The notes below the pieces were generated by a model, which ran no database searches, was not told the origin of the DNA, and worked only from the letters and a program-made list of their open reading frames with translations. This document shows positions 33,869-48,249 of a DNA stretch of 64,000 nucleotides, piece after piece (position 1 is the stretch's first letter; each line of letters begins with the position of its first letter). The DNA lies in assembly GCA_009914755.4 (NCBI GenBank), contig CP068257.2, forward strand, positions 32,128,001 through 32,192,000, in the 5' to 3' direction. A program made the translations under genes and the position numbers. The stretch is from the human T2T-CHM13v2.0 reference genome, Homo sapiens.

Positions 33869-35241
33869 TAAGTGTATTTTTCTATGTGTTAACTCTCTTT
33901 ATGTGTCTTTTGTTAACTCTTGAGGTAAAGTTTCATAAAATATTCTCCTGGAAAATTTAGGGATGAAGGCCATGTGTTTATTAAACTAAGTATTATCACC
34001 TAATACTATATGACCAAGTACAATTTTTATTAAAGATTGATGTTTAGACTGTTCACTTATTGATAATATGATAAAAATCAAGATTCCCAAAAATGTAATG
34101 AAGTGAAAAATAAAACATTCTTTGAAGAAAGAAAAGTATGTAGTAGGTAATCAGATATTGGTTCCCTTTCTGTACAGGGATTAGCAGATACTTGCTTTGG
34201 AGATAAGTCAGATCTGATTTGTGTATTCTGTTTTATCAAGATTTTTTTTTCTGGTATGGATTATTCATAGGAGAAGATGCTTCTAAATTCTAGCTATTGA
34301 GTTAACTCTTTCTACCATTTAGACATGCATTACACAGAGATTTATTCCACATAAGCCAGTCTGTATCTAAAGGTGGTTATTCCAAAATGGACTGGTTTTT
34401 AGCTTCTGATGAAAAATTTTAATTAAGGCATTTTTAGTTTTTCAAACAAAAAGTCAATACATAGAGCTCATTTTTTATCAAGGTAAAAATAAAAGTCAAA
34501 TATTCTTTATTATAACCTAGGAAGGCTGCCATTTTACTGAAACATGCAGAAACTATACAGGATATTTTCGGCTAAATTTAAGCAGATACTGTTCTTGGCA
34601 AGTTAACCACAAAAATTCCAAACAGCCTGTGCAGTGTGGCTTAACTTTTTTCTTGTGTCAGTTAAAAAAATAGTTGCTTCAAAACTTTTGTGTACCTGTT
34701 TAAAATTCCATCCAGTGTGGTGGAAAAATATATACAGCAGCTAAGATTCTAGTTGTTAAAAATCTTTGATTTCTGTTTCTAACTTCAGGTATACGGTAAA
34801 CCTAAGTTCAGCCTTAGTAAGTATCAAAGTTCAGGATAGAGTAATAGGGTAGCTCCTATTTAGACCACTGAGTTAGTTTACAAACAGTAGGATCACTGCA
34901 TTTGCATTTGATCCCGGTGCCATTGGAAGATCATTGCTTCAATTTATCTCTGTGGAGTAGTACTTAATGTACATTTTTTGAAGCTTATAAATATCCGGTA
35001 AGTCAACAAAAATATAAGAAATATCAGGGAAGCTATAACTGTGTAGGGAAAAGCATTTGGCAAACAGAGTTAATTTCTTGGAAAGAAAGCAGGAGCCACA
35101 CCTAATTAATAATTAAATGCAGCTTCACCATGCAGGATTTGGGAAGAGTCTGAGAAAACTGACTTAAGCTCTGCCTGGATCTTAATGTAGATGTGGTAGC
35201 CTTCCCTGTCATTCATTACTATTTTCCTCCTTCCTTCCCAG

Positions 35242-35329
35242 GAATCTCAGCAAATGCTTGGAAGACTTATTCCAGAAAAACAGATACTCAATGACCAATT
35301 AAAACAAGTTCAGCAGAACAGTTTGCACA
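35242..35329 (+). CDS. ITSN1: ITSN1 coding exon (tent. exon 15), coiled-coil: [29 protein letters not shown](R)
   Basis: Acceptor cctccttccttcccAG at 35240-35241. Donor placed at GTAGGT (35330), so the exon ends CAC A; a+ga from the next exon gives Arg, reproducing …NSLHRDSLVTLK… in frame. Confidence 0.85.
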
Positions 35330-35370
35330 GTAGGTGTTTTATTTTTAAAGTTGACCTTTTCTTTATTCTT

Positions 35371-35659
35371 TCTTTTTTTGACATGGAGTCTCACTCTGTC
35401 CCCCAGGCTGGAGTGCAGTGGCGCAATCTCGGCCAACTGTAACCTCCGCCTCCCGGGTTCAAGATTCTCTTGCCTCAGCCTCCCAAGTAGCTGGGACTAC
35501 AGGTGCATGCCACCACAGCCAGCTAGTTTTTGTATTTTTAGTAGAGATGGGGTTTCACTATATTGGCCAGGCTGGTCTCGAACTCCTGACCCCAGGTGAT
35601 CCATCCACTTTGGTTCCCCAAAGTGCTGGGATTACAGGTGTAGGCCACCGCACCCAGCC
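35371..35659 (-). mobile_element. Alu SINE, antisense, starting 41 bp downstream of the exon-15 donor
   Basis: TTTTTTTGACATGGAGTCTCACTCTGTCCCCCAGGCTGGAGTGCAGTGGCGC … GTAGGCCACCGCACCCAGCC; TSD CTTTTCTT(T)ATT on both sides. Confidence 0.92.
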
Positions 35660-35774
35660 TTTTCTTATTTTTTAACCAGCAAGAATTTCCTTAAGTGAAA
35701 TGAGAACATTAAAAAACATTTTCCTCACTGCAAATTAAAGTTTTTCTTATCTTTGCGACGTTTTTCTAAAATAG

Positions 35775-35914
35775 GAGATTCACTTGTTACACTTAAAAGA
35801 GCCTTAGAAGCAAAAGAACTAGCTCGGCAGCACCTACGAGACCAACTGGATGAAGTGGAGAAAGAAACTAGATCAAAACTACAGGAGATTGATATTTTCA
35901 ATAATCAGCTGAAG
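35775..35914 (+). CDS. ITSN1: ITSN1 coding exon (tent. exon 16), coiled-coil: (R)[46 protein letters not shown]
   Basis: Acceptor cgtttttctaaaatAG at 35773-35774, donor GTAACT at 35915. 140 nt. Confidence 0.88.
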
Positions 35915-36524
35915 GTAACTCTTCTATGTGTGCCTGCATGTGTGTCCTACCTTTAATTTTTTTAACTGTCCAAATGATTAGTTGCTATTTAATCACAGGC
36001 AGAAAAATTTATTATGCCATTGTGAGACAATCTAAATTGCACTTTTCTCCTTGAAAATATAAGAATGAATTTGGCATCTATAAATTAGGGCTGAATGAGT
36101 GGCCCCAGCATGACATCTATTTTTAACCTGAATCATATTTTGACACATCTCCATTCTTTTGTCTGTTTATAGTCACATCAAGTTGATTCCAAAAGCTTTA
36201 TCTTTCTTATGTTCTTTGAATACTACTAAAAGGGATTGTTTTCTTTTTTAAAACTAAGAATTTTTCTGCCACTTCTTATCTTCATTGCGCTTAAATGTAG
36301 ATCTTTATTTTGTTACCTCATTTTTAAATCTTACTGTTTTAGTGGAGTAATTGCTTTTGTCTCTTGTGGCAGAAGTGGTGTATGGTTTTGTCACATTTGC
36401 ACAGTAAAATTGGGAAAATGCCAAAACTCTGAGGAAATGTAAAATGGTTAGATCACAGCCTTTTTCAGATTTGGTGTTTCTGATTTAACTTTACAACTGT
36501 ATCATCTTAAGAATGTTAATTCTT

Positions 36525-36828
<304 letters not shown>

Positions 36829-37972
36829 TTAAAATCAGAACACAAACAGTTTATTTCTTATAAACAATCATATACTACTTTAGATGTATGTAGATATTAG
36901 CATTTTTGTTATTCTTATAAGAAATTGGATGTTATACTTTTTTCCCCTCCAAATATTTGTTTTCCTTTTCTAACATAAAATTCTTTTTAAGCCAATTCAG
37001 CTTTTGACAGTGGGAAGAAGTAAAACTCCTATTCTATAATTCTAAAAACAAAATTAAAAATTAGCATATTTGAAACTTTTATAATAGTTGACCTTTGGAT
37101 TGAGATTCTAGGCCAAATTGTCTAGACATCTGAGTTTGAGGTATGTGTGCTGTTCTTTCAGAGTATTAGGTAATGATCTTTTCTCAATTGTACGATTCCA
37201 GGAAAGTGCTCTTAGGGGAAATATTATTTGAGCCAACTTAGTGTTTTTCTTCACTTTGCTTTCATGCTTACATGGTGTGTGTTTGTGTGTACACTATATA
37301 TGTTCTATATTCATGCATATATGATTATGTGTGGTATGTCAGTATTGGAAGTACAGCTGTAAATTAACCATCTCTAGAATAAGTGCAATTAGAAACAAAA
37401 AAACAAAAAAGAATAAGTTCAATTAAAGTATGCTCACATTAACTTTCATTGTCACTTGTCTCTTTTATAAGCAAAAAAAAAAAAAAAATAGCACTGTTGC
37501 AAAGCCTATGTTGCTTTTTAATAGTCTCTTGGGATATAAACTGTTAAATATTAAGCTCTCTTCTGAACCCAGGCAGTAGTCCAGATTTGTGCCTTCACAT
37601 TGATTCTTTTTCTAGAAATTTGACTCCCCTAAAAAAGGTTCAGGTATTAGAAAATGATACTCTAGTGAGAGGCTTTTGATAAATGTCTAGAAGATTAAAT
37701 AATTTTGGTGATTGAATTTCTGTTGCCATTACTAAAGAGAACACCCTTAATATGTGGCGAGTCACCCCTACTTTGTTTAATTGACTATGGCTGCTTTCAG
37801 TATCACAGAGTTTCTTACATAAAGGCCAATTTTAGCCCCCTTTTCCACTAGCCCTTTTTCCAAATATGCTTATTTTTAAATAAGAGTATTTCTTCTTGTT
37901 TTTTAATTTTAATTTTGGCTTTCTCTTATTAACTTTAATTAATATGATGAGTTTAAAAAAAATCACAGGTCA

Positions 37973-38088
37973 GGTCGGGTGTGGTGGCATGTGCCTGTAA
38001 TCCCAGCACTTTGGGAGGCAGGTGGATCACTTGAGCAAGTGGATCATTCGAGACTAGCCTGGGCAAAAGGGTGAAGCCCTGTCTCTAC

Positions 38089-38139
<51 letters not shown>

Positions 38140-38309
38140 CAGGTATGGTGGCATGTGCCTGTAGTCCCAGCTACTTGGGAAGCTGAGGTCAGAGAATCAC
38201 TTGAGTCTGGGAGGTTGGGGCTGCAGTGAGCCATGATTGTGTCACTGCACTCCTGCCTGGGCAACAGAGTGAGACCCTGTCTCAAAAAACAAACAAACAA
38301 AACAGTAAA
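37973..38309 (+). mobile_element. Alu SINE with an (AC)22 microsatellite in the middle linker
   Basis: GGTCGGGTGTGGTGGCATGTGCCTGTAATCCC … (AC)22 … GTCAGGTATGGTGGCATGTGCCTGTAGTCCCAGCTACTTGGGAAGCTGAGG … tail (CAAA)n; 14-bp TSD AAATCACAGGTCAG on both sides. Confidence 0.92.
38092..38135. repeat. (AC)22 perfect dinucleotide microsatellite
   Basis: 44 nt of uninterrupted ACAC… read directly. Confidence 0.95.
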
Positions 38310-41300
38310 CAAATCACAGGTCAGTATAACTATATTGTTTTGTTATTTAACACGCATTTGGAGGACTTAGTGAATATGTTGTGTTATGGTTATTATCTCT
38401 AGTATTCCTCTCAAACCTGATAAAGCCAAAACAAACAATTAAATTGGAGAATCAAAAGATTTATAGAATTTGATTGAGACAACTCAGAGATGGATTTATC
38501 ATTTAGTCTCTTAAGTGTCACTTGCCCACTTTTCTTTGTTGTAGCCACACTGGAAAATGAAATACTTTTTTTGTAACTTTAGAGCATGTGTCCATTAGCA
38601 ACCATGTTTTCTTGGATGAAGAGATAGGCCAGGAGGAGCCAGTCTCCTGACTCTTGGGGTTTCTTCAGTGCCCCTCTTGATCGGCAGTGCCTTTAGAGCA
38701 TCCACGCTGTTGATGCAAAAATTACTTCTGCCTTCCTGGGATGTGTCATTTCACACATCTAACCTGATAGTGTGAATTTGTTGTATCCTAAACCTTCCTT
38801 TCCCTAAAGGAAGCCAGCTGGAGAGTACAGAAAAGAAATTAGGGCTTCCTGTTCTTTTGTATTTCATGTTCACGTAGATTGTTCACCTGGAAGAAGGAAA
38901 TGCAGTTCCCTCATTATAGGTTAGTACTGTAACACTGGAGGAATACCTTACAGAGTACAGAATTTTAAAATTAGTTGATCAGGATACTAAATCTATATTA
39001 AGTGGCTGGCTCCACAAATGAGGATAACATTTAACAAAAATTGATTCTCACTATTTTGGGTAAATTGCAATAAGTCATTCACCTACTTTGATGCATGCTC
39101 AGAGTTATGTCCAGTTTCTTAGGTATAAAGGTAATACAGGGAATAATCGTACCCTGGTTCAGCCCAGATTCTGAGTTATAAGACAGTGATTAGGAAGTAT
39201 AGGAAGCGTATTTAGTCAAAAAACTAAATACACTTATACTTTCCTTTTCTTTTAACATACAATCTGATTTAGTTCTTTCTCTAGAATGTCTTGCTCAGAT
39301 TAATTTGTCTTTTGTGGGTTTCTCCCATTTTCTTCAGTTCAGGAAGAATTCCTTCCTTCCCTACCCAAAATCTGATAAGCAAAGATAGAAATTCTCAAAG
39401 CATTAATTAAAGAGGAAAAAGTTACAGGTTAACAGGTATTTGTCTCGTATAGGAAGCAACCTGTTGAAAACATAAGGCATACTTATAATCGTGATCTTCT
39501 GTTAAATGGCTCCATATTCAAAGTCGTGGGCCTTTAAGTTTCTACCTAATCCATGGAAATTGAAGGCTCATTTTTTGTTTTCCAAAAAAGGCTGTTTTTC
39601 CATGCGTTTTAATAGATATTTACCTTTTAGGTGTCATATTTATATATTCAAAAAAAGATCCTAAGATGTAAATATCTTTCTATTTACCACCCAAACCAAT
39701 AATTACTTGAGAAAGGAAACAGGAATCTTACTGTAGCAAATAAACTTTGCTTTTGGGTTTTAAATAAGTCTGTAAAAACAGGGAGGGTGGGAGAAGAGGA
39801 GAAACGATAGCACCCTGAAATATTGAAGCTCTTATCCTACAAATTCCCCAATTGGCAGCCTTTGTACTTATGCTGCCCTTGCTATGCATGATAAATTTTA
39901 GGTTTTTGATTATCAAATGAAATATTTGAACAGTGAATTAACCAGGAATAATTAATTTTATTGTGATTATTGCTAGCATGAATTAGTACATCTTAAAATA
40001 GTTTTAATTCAGTGGGTAAAATTTATTTACCATTAATTTCTGCTTTTAAAATGTGTTCTGTATGTAACAAATACCTTATTAAGAAATCGGTAGTCTTCTC
40101 AGATCCACGTTCTAGAAACAACAATTTAAAATTATTATCTATGACTTCTACTTCAGTTTACATGAAAATTAAAACTCCCAACTTTTTTGGAGACTCTGTG
40201 TACCAAAAGGGTAGTTTTTCTTACACACAGTGCTTACCTATAGGCATAAAATTATGATTCAAACAAGTGTTAAATAACATTACTGCTAGGACTTTTTGGA
40301 CAGTAGCACCTGACTTTACCTTGACCTTGGCGATGTCAGTAGTTACTGTAGCAGTTTTCCTTGGCACTGACAGCCTAATGTTCCATATTTTAATGTCTTA
40401 GCTCTAAGATGGAGCAGCAGCACAAAGTACAGCTTGTAGTTTTCCAGGCTCCTTTAAGAGGTCAAATAAGGAGAATCCAACACCCAACGGAGCTAGATTT
40501 TATGTTTCATGTTGAAAAGTTGAGTCCTTGTTGGTTCCTGTCTAGTCAGTGTGTACTGGACAAGTCCTAATGTGAATGGCCGTTTACATTTGAGCATTTC
40601 TTTCTTCCAGTCAGTGGCAATGGAGGAGGCAGTGTTGCAGTGCCTGGCAGTTCTCCTGGGCTGCGTCATCCACTTAGACTTCTTTCTAAAGGTCTCCATG
40701 CCCTACTCAGGCAATGCACATCTTTCTCAGACTAAGAATGATGAACCATCTCCAGCTCTGTGCTTCAGTTTCCCCTGCGCAGATGAGTGCTCAGTGTCTA
40801 AGATAGCATTTACCATGAAGTACTAAGCCTTCTTTATAAAAGTTAATTACTAGTTATTATTAATCGTGGAGTATGATTGATTCTTTCCTATTGACGAGTT
40901 GCGTGTGTGTATGGTGGTGTAAACTGAATTACAGGCTGGACAAGGTACTGTATACTGTAGTCTTGTCTTTTTAACAAGCATTTTAGATCATTGAATTTGA
41001 GCTTGTCTGCAAAAATGTGAAAGCGCTCAGTTGTTATTTGGGTCATGTGCATGTTTCCATCATGGGAGACATACTGTGATCAGTATACTATTCCAAATGT
41101 GTATAGCATTTTATTTTCTAGCAAAGTTTGAATATTTAAGACTAATTCACAATTATGATTTAATTCCTTAGTATACTTGGGAAATCCAGGCTTCTAAAAT
41201 TAGACACAAGAGGCTGTTAGAAATATAAATTCTCCCCATAATGCTACCTGTTCTAAAAATTGCTCTTAGAACCGAATCGATGTTGAAATGAGAAGGCCAG

Positions 41301-42229
41301 TTGTAGTAAATGAGGTTGTTTGCTTAACTAAAGCCTTTATACTCTTGGTTTCAGACACTAGCTTTCATGGGAGGCTCATTCATTATGAAGGCAGTGAAAG
41401 GCAAAATGTTTAGCAACCAGAGGAAAAAAGAAAAGAGCTGGAGAAAGAACTGCAGAACAGAGTAAGAAGTCAGGGAAAAAAATGCTTGTGAAGGGAAACA
41501 ATGAAGGAAGGAGAAAGACTCAGAAAGAGGAGGCACAGAGACAGTGAGAGAAATCAGTATGAATTCAAATAGCCATGTTGCTTTGTCATAATTAGTAGAA
41601 TAATGTTTGGTTCTTTCATTCTGTTCAAGCTAAAATTTTATTTTTACCTATATGATCCTTTGGAAAAGACCTCTTATGCACAGAAGTAATAAAGTGCTCT
41701 AACTCTCATTCTGTCAGATTCTGTGCCATACCAGTAGGCTGCTTGGTTGAGTTTTTTAGTTACAGCATGGGTTTTTTTTCTTTTTAAGGTTGTAAAAATT
41801 TAATAAAAGATAATTTGGGAAAGGGTTAAGAAGAACTCAGTCTTTTGAAAAAATACTTTCTTCTCTTAATGGAATATTGCTTTGTGACTGAAGCAGACAC
41901 TTTGAGGGAAATTCAGATTTTCAGGACAAAATGGAATCAGTTTTCTCTTTCTGGTAATGCTTCCCAAGGGTACTTCCCAAAGCCTCATGGCAGAGGGTGT
42001 CTGATTACCTATTACTATTGCAGAGAGGACAAGAGCTTCTAGCTCTTCTGCCCACCTCCTTCCACACACACACCTTGCTCCAATCTCCCTTAGCACTTGT
42101 GACACATTGACTACCATTTTGTGCCATGGGAAATAGTCTTATTATTTTGTTAAATACTGACTTCAAATTTAAATTTTTGAACATGTTTTCAAACAGTATA
42201 TCCCATTTCAGAATTTAAATAACCAGTCA

Positions 42230-42530
42230 GGCCAGGTGCAGTGGCTCATGCCTATAATCCTAACACTTTGGGAGTTCGAGGCGAGTGGATCACTTGAGGT
42301 CAGGAGTTTGAGACCAGCCTGGCCAACATGGCAAAATCCTGTCTCTACTAAAAATACAAAAATTGGCTGGGTGTGGTGGCATGCACCTGTAATCCCAGCT
42401 GCTCGGGAGGCTGAGGCAGGAGAATCACTTGAACTTCATCACGGCAGAGGATGCAGAGAGCCAAGATCATGCCACTGCATCCCAGCCTGGGCAACAGAGC
42501 AAGACTCCATCTCAAATAAATAAATAAATG
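42230..42530 (+). mobile_element. Alu SINE
   Basis: GGCCAGGTGCAGTGGCTCATGCCTATAATCCTAACACTTTGGGAGTTCGAGG … tail (AAAT)n; TSD AATAACCAGTCAG before and AATAACCAATCAG after. Confidence 0.9.
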
Positions 42531-42599
42531 AATAACCAATCAGTATATATTTTTCTGTATAGTCCTCTCAGTTTTAATGCATCGAGAATGAATAAATGT

Positions 42600-42745
42600 A
42601 GCCTGGTACAGTGACATATATCTCAGGAGGCTGAGGTGGGAGGATCACATGAAGCCAGACGTTCAAGGCTATGATCGTGCCTGTGAGTAGCCGCTGTACT
42701 CCAGCCTGGACAACACATGTCTCTAAATAAATAAATTTTTTAAAT
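42600..42745 (+). mobile_element. Partial Alu (monomer-sized fragment)
   Basis: GCCTGGTACAGTGACATATATCTCAGGAGGCTGAGGTGGGAGGATCACATGAAGCC … GTACTCCAGCCTGGACAACACATGTCTCTAAATAAATAAA. Confidence 0.7.
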
Positions 42746-45700
42746 GAATGAATAAATTTATAATTTTATGATAAATGGGCTATCAGTTTACCTTGATTTG
42801 GGTATAGTTTCTGTGTTCTGAAATCGTTATTTTTCAAAATTTTCCATACAGGCACAAGTTCTCACCTCATGGGGTTTGTTAACTGGCCTTCTTTAATAGC
42901 TCTTCATTTGTTTCACAACCACTTAATTTGAAAAAGTTAATGTATTTTAAAACTCCAAAGGCCTTCTATAAATTTTGATACCGTATACTACATATTATCC
43001 CTAGGTGAGAAATAATGTTTATTTACAGAAAAGCACTTCTACTTTGGACTTTTTATGGATGTGATATTATAGATAAACACCTGAAATTTCTGATGCTGGT
43101 AGCTACATCATTTTTTAATGAGGTCAATTTAATATTAACAGTATGAAGATTATTATAAATGTTATATGTGAGCTAAATAATTTTATCTTGATTTATGGTT
43201 TTGAGTTCATGAAATTTAAGTAATTAAGTTATGTTTGTTTTTGTCTCTCATTTCCAAGAGACATCCTGAGGCGAACCAAAAGCAAAATCCTTCAAAAAAG
43301 TTAAATATCTAAATCAGTAAATACATTTCCATTAACTGCTGGTCTCCTTTCATAGACCCCTGTTGCTATTTTTTTCTCTTCATATACATTATGCAAAGTA
43401 ATGTTTGTGAAAAGGAATCCTATATATTGTTCAGGCGCATGCTACTTTATATTTCAAGTAATATTGTTTCACATAATACATGTATTTTTGAGTGTCTCTA
43501 AGACCAGATGAAGGAGAAACAGTCACAGTTATTAAATCAAGTGATTCTGTGCCTTTTAGCTTAGCAATAGAACAAACTTCTTCAGTAAACCTGAGCCACA
43601 TTTCTCAGGGGAAAAATAGTTGGATTTTCTTGGGTATTCAATTTGTCAAACAGATTGCTTTTGAAATACTTTGGCTCTGTGCCATAGGATGTCCAAAGAT
43701 GTTTTATGGTTCAAATATCTTAGTTCTTTAGGGGAAATAAGTGACTTTTCCCTCTTTGGTCTAGGGAAGAAAATTAAAAGCAAGTTGATTTTCGTTTATC
43801 TTAACTAATACAAAACAGAATCTTGATATGCCAGTAATTTGTTATTGTGGTTCATGAGCTGTGCTTGATCAAAGACCCCTTGAGACTAATAAAAGCTGTG
43901 AGCTTTCTCCACCAGAAAAATGCCCATATACCCCAAGTCTGCATGCAACATAGTATCCACAGGGCTGAAGCTTATTCATGGAACCTGGTTAAGAAACTCT
44001 GTATTTTCATGATTCTGCATAAATTGTGATTTTTTAAAAAAAACTTATTTTAATATTTAATATTAATATTTAATATATGTGTGTAGTATATATACTACAC
44101 ATTTTATAGTTTTATTTTTTCTGCATAAGTATTTGTTACATGCAGCTACAATTTCTTGACTACTTAATAATTTCTTATTTAAGAAAGTACTGTAATTATG
44201 TTTTATTGGAAGATAATATCAAATTATTACATACTCTACCTAGTGTAAAACATGTCATACACTTGAATAGAATTCATAAAAGAAAAATCAACAAAGTTGT
44301 ACACTCCGTACTATATTGCTAGATTAATATCCATCCAAGAAACAAGTTTTTGTAGAATTACTGGTTTTAGAAAAAAAAATCACTTAACTTTAGGAAGAAC
44401 CGAGTGAGATACTGACTTTTGATTCGTGGTAATTTGTTTGTTTTCTTTCTGTTATAATAGCAAAATAACTGTGACAAATTCCATGTGGATTTAATAGAAT
44501 TTGCAGGGTCATTTAAATCAAGTTGCCTACCAGGAAATGTTGATACTTTCAGTGTGGTGAAATTTTCCTTAGCCATTTCCCCCAATAATTTGCTCATTTC
44601 CTAGATATGTAATTTAATGGCACTAGATTTGTTTGTCACTTTGAATTTTTTTCTTTCTGAAGGAGTTAAAAGGATACTTCTTAATAACTGTAACTGTACT
44701 TGAGTCTCTTTAATAGTATGGAGAAGAATGAGAGAATAGTGTAGCCATCTGCTCCCCTATGTGAAAGGACTGGGTATTCTACAAGGACTTTGTTCTGGCA
44801 AAGGAAGGAGAGTCATTCACTCATTTTTTTAAGAGTATATATTTCTTCATTCTATAGATTGCCTTCTCGGAAGTTCAACTTTTTAAAAAGCTTATCAACT
44901 TAGAAATCATCCATGTTCTGCTTATGTTGATTCATGCCATAGTAAACTCTTTAAGTCCAAGAAAAGAGAAGACCCAGAATGCCTGCCTCTGGGCAGCATG
45001 TTGATTTCCTTACAACTGTGTATCTCAGCAGTGTTTGACTTGGATGAAGGAAATGATAGAAAAACTTTGCCATCTTGAAATCTGGATCATAAGGTGCCAG
45101 AGCCTTCTGTTAGCTTATTTGTCGTCTGTTATTTTATGGTTCCTGCAAGCTCCATTCCTTGGAGGTGCTTGAAACTGCAACTTACATAATCAGTTCCTAA
45201 GATCGGTTCAAATACTGCTATACTCAAAAACAAGTGTGTTTAAAAAATTTAAGTATCTTTTTTCATGTATTTGATACATTTAAAAATTATTTTTGAAACT
45301 GTGTCATAGGTAGGTTTTTTTTCTGTAGATTCTTCAAAATCACTTTTTCTTACAAGCTTTTCAATTTTATAGTCTCTCCTAATGTATTACTAGCTTTACT
45401 TAAATCCGGTAATCAATGATCTATAAATCCATATCCAGTTACAAGAGCCTAGTATAGAAAGGAAATGTGCGGTATAATTCTTGGGGAAAAATGAAAAATC
45501 TTCATTTGTGCCTATGGGCTATCTATTATAGTATGTTGATACATCATGGCCAGTGTCCATTCTGGTTGTGCAGTACCTGTTGTTGAATATTTTGAATATC
45601 ACTCATGAATACATTTTTTCCTGGATGAAATAAGGACTTTTCTTTATTTAATATATAATCAGATTCCTGAACATCAAGCTGAAATGTTATTTCTCTTCCG

Positions 45701-45898
45701 GCATTTCTTACTCCTTTGTAGGGTTTAATTTCAGCTCAGGGTTATTTTGCTTATGCTTTTTTCACTTATTCTTGCAGTTAAGAATAAAATTCTAAATAAA
45801 ACAGATACTGAAATAAATAAATACTTTATTTGTTTGTTAGACATTGTGATGAACAATGTCTAAGATTTATCAGATCCCAAAACTAGAAGAACACCTAA

Positions 45899-46195
<297 letters not shown>

Positions 46196-46645
46196 ATGGT
46201 GGCGTAACTTTTAAGTATAGTCTTTTGCTGTAAATTATTTTTTCTGAACCTATTTAAGAATTTGATGGTCTTGAAAATGAAATTTTCATTCATATTATTA
46301 CTGATTATTTATTCTTGATTCCAGGTTACTATGAAAACCAGTACTACTGATTTTTTAACACATTAAAATTAAGTTTTACATCCCTTGGTATGGCAGTGAG
46401 AAAGATGATGAAAAATGGACTTCTTTCTCCCTAGGGTTGATTTTCTGATCTCAGCACTTTAAACAGTCAGTGTGAGGCTGCATCATTGCTTTCCAGTCTT
46501 AGCCTTCTTTTCCCCTTCCCTCTGTTCCACATGTCAGGTCTGCTGCCATAGGGAACAGTCCAATTTGTGCCTTACAAAGGTACCTTTTCCTGCTGTGTCC
46601 TGCCTGGATGTTCCCAGTGTCATCTGCTAGGTTCCCTACTGAAGC

Positions 46646-46790
46646 CCCTTCTTCCTTTCTTTTTCCTCCTTCCCCCTTCCTTCCTTTCCTTTTTTCCTTC
46701 TTCCCTTCTTCTCCATTTTCCCCTTCCCCTTTTCCTCCAGTACCTTCCTCTTCCTAAGTACCTCCCCCCAGACCCCTATCTCCAGTTAAA
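46646..46790 (+). repeat. CT-rich polypyrimidine low-complexity tract (about 145 nt)
   Basis: CTTCTTCCTTTCTTTTTCCTCCTTCCCCCTTCCTTCCTTTCC… read directly. Confidence 0.8.
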
Positions 46791-48121
46791 CTTTTTCTTT
46801 TATCTCATTGTTCTTTTAAAGCCTCTCAGCGTCACTTACAGTTTATAAAACATTTGTGTATGGATTTTAACTTTAACCTTAGCAAAATTAGTAGGAAAAG
46901 GTTAGCCTAACCCTTAGGATTTTTTTCCAATAACAAGTGCATTTTAATACTGACTTTCTACAGACAAACCGTCTACCTTTGTTGTTCAATCTCTGAATGA
47001 ATCTAAAGGTAGGAATTTTAGGGCCTGGAAGAAACCTACCTGCCCATCTAGTCTTGCCAGTGAGAAAGGTGATAGAAGACGACAGGGCAAATCTTAGTCC
47101 TTAACTCTCCCCATAGAGATCCCTGGGCCATGTACTGGGAGGACCAGCCCTGGTTAGATCAAGAAATCAGCTGGAAAGATACCTTGGCTCTACTGGGCAC
47201 TTTGACTCATCTGATTTATCGCTGGCCCACATAAGACGAGTTTCAGTGACTCAATCTATTGGTGACCATTTGATTTCTATGGAATCAGGGAGTTTCTTCC
47301 TCAGCAGACGTTTCCTTATTCTTCCTATTTTCAGGTGTCTAAACTTGTGACTTGAGTACTTTAAATATCATAGAATGCATTTTATTTTCAGTAGCCTGCT
47401 AAGGAAATTACTGCTATTCCTGCAGCTAGTAGTATCAAGTGAGGAAATTGGATCCAAGGTATTCATCATCAAATTATAGCTTTTTACTTTTAACCTGATT
47501 GCTGGTTTAGTTTGGGGCAGTTAGCGACTTGAAGGATAGATTTAGTAAGAAAAGATGCTCTGGAAGAGGAGCAACTTGAAGAAAAATAGACCCTGGGGGG
47601 AAGAATTGAGGTCAAAGAATTGAGGAGCAAAGAGATGTCCATTTGTTCTAAGGCAGCTTAGTGAAAGGTGGAGGTGAGGTTTGAATGGAGGTAGTCAGTG
47701 AAGAAGAGGCATCTGTATTTTCAAAGCCAGTAAAGGTTGGTGTTGATTGATAATCAAAAGAAGCTTAAGTTTTATTCATGATCATCGTCATATCTTGGAA
47801 CTGGTTACGTTCCATTATGATTGCTGAGCCTTTAGCAGCAGAGCTCACCTCCTGCCCTTCGCTAGCAGGTTTCTTCTAGAGCAGATCATGGAAAATGGTA
47901 TAATGTGTATGGCTCATTAGAATGTAATCTTAAGTGGCCTTTGGAAATCAGTCATGTCAAAATGTGGTGTGATTCTAGCTTTCCAAGTTGACTTTTTCCA
48001 ACTCTGAAACGTTATCTCCTAAGTGTCCTAGGCTTCCCACTATGAAATGTTGCATGCTGATAAATAGTTGATGTACCTGTCACTCATGTCGCTACATGAA
48101 CTGTTTCTCGGTTAATTATAG

Positions 48122-48249
48122 GAACTAAGAGAAATACACAATAAGCAACAACTCCAGAAGCAAAAGTCCATGGAGGCTGAACGACTGAAACAGAAAGAAC
48201 AAGAACGAAAGATCATAGAATTAGAAAAACAAAAAGAAGAAGCCCAAAG
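48122..48249 (+). CDS. ITSN1: ITSN1 coding exon (tent. exon 17), coiled-coil: [42 protein letters not shown](R)
   Basis: Acceptor tctcggttaattatAG at 48120-48121, donor GTGAGT at 48250. 128 nt. The split Arg codon (ag+a) completes with the next exon to give …EEAQRRAQERD…. Confidence 0.9.
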
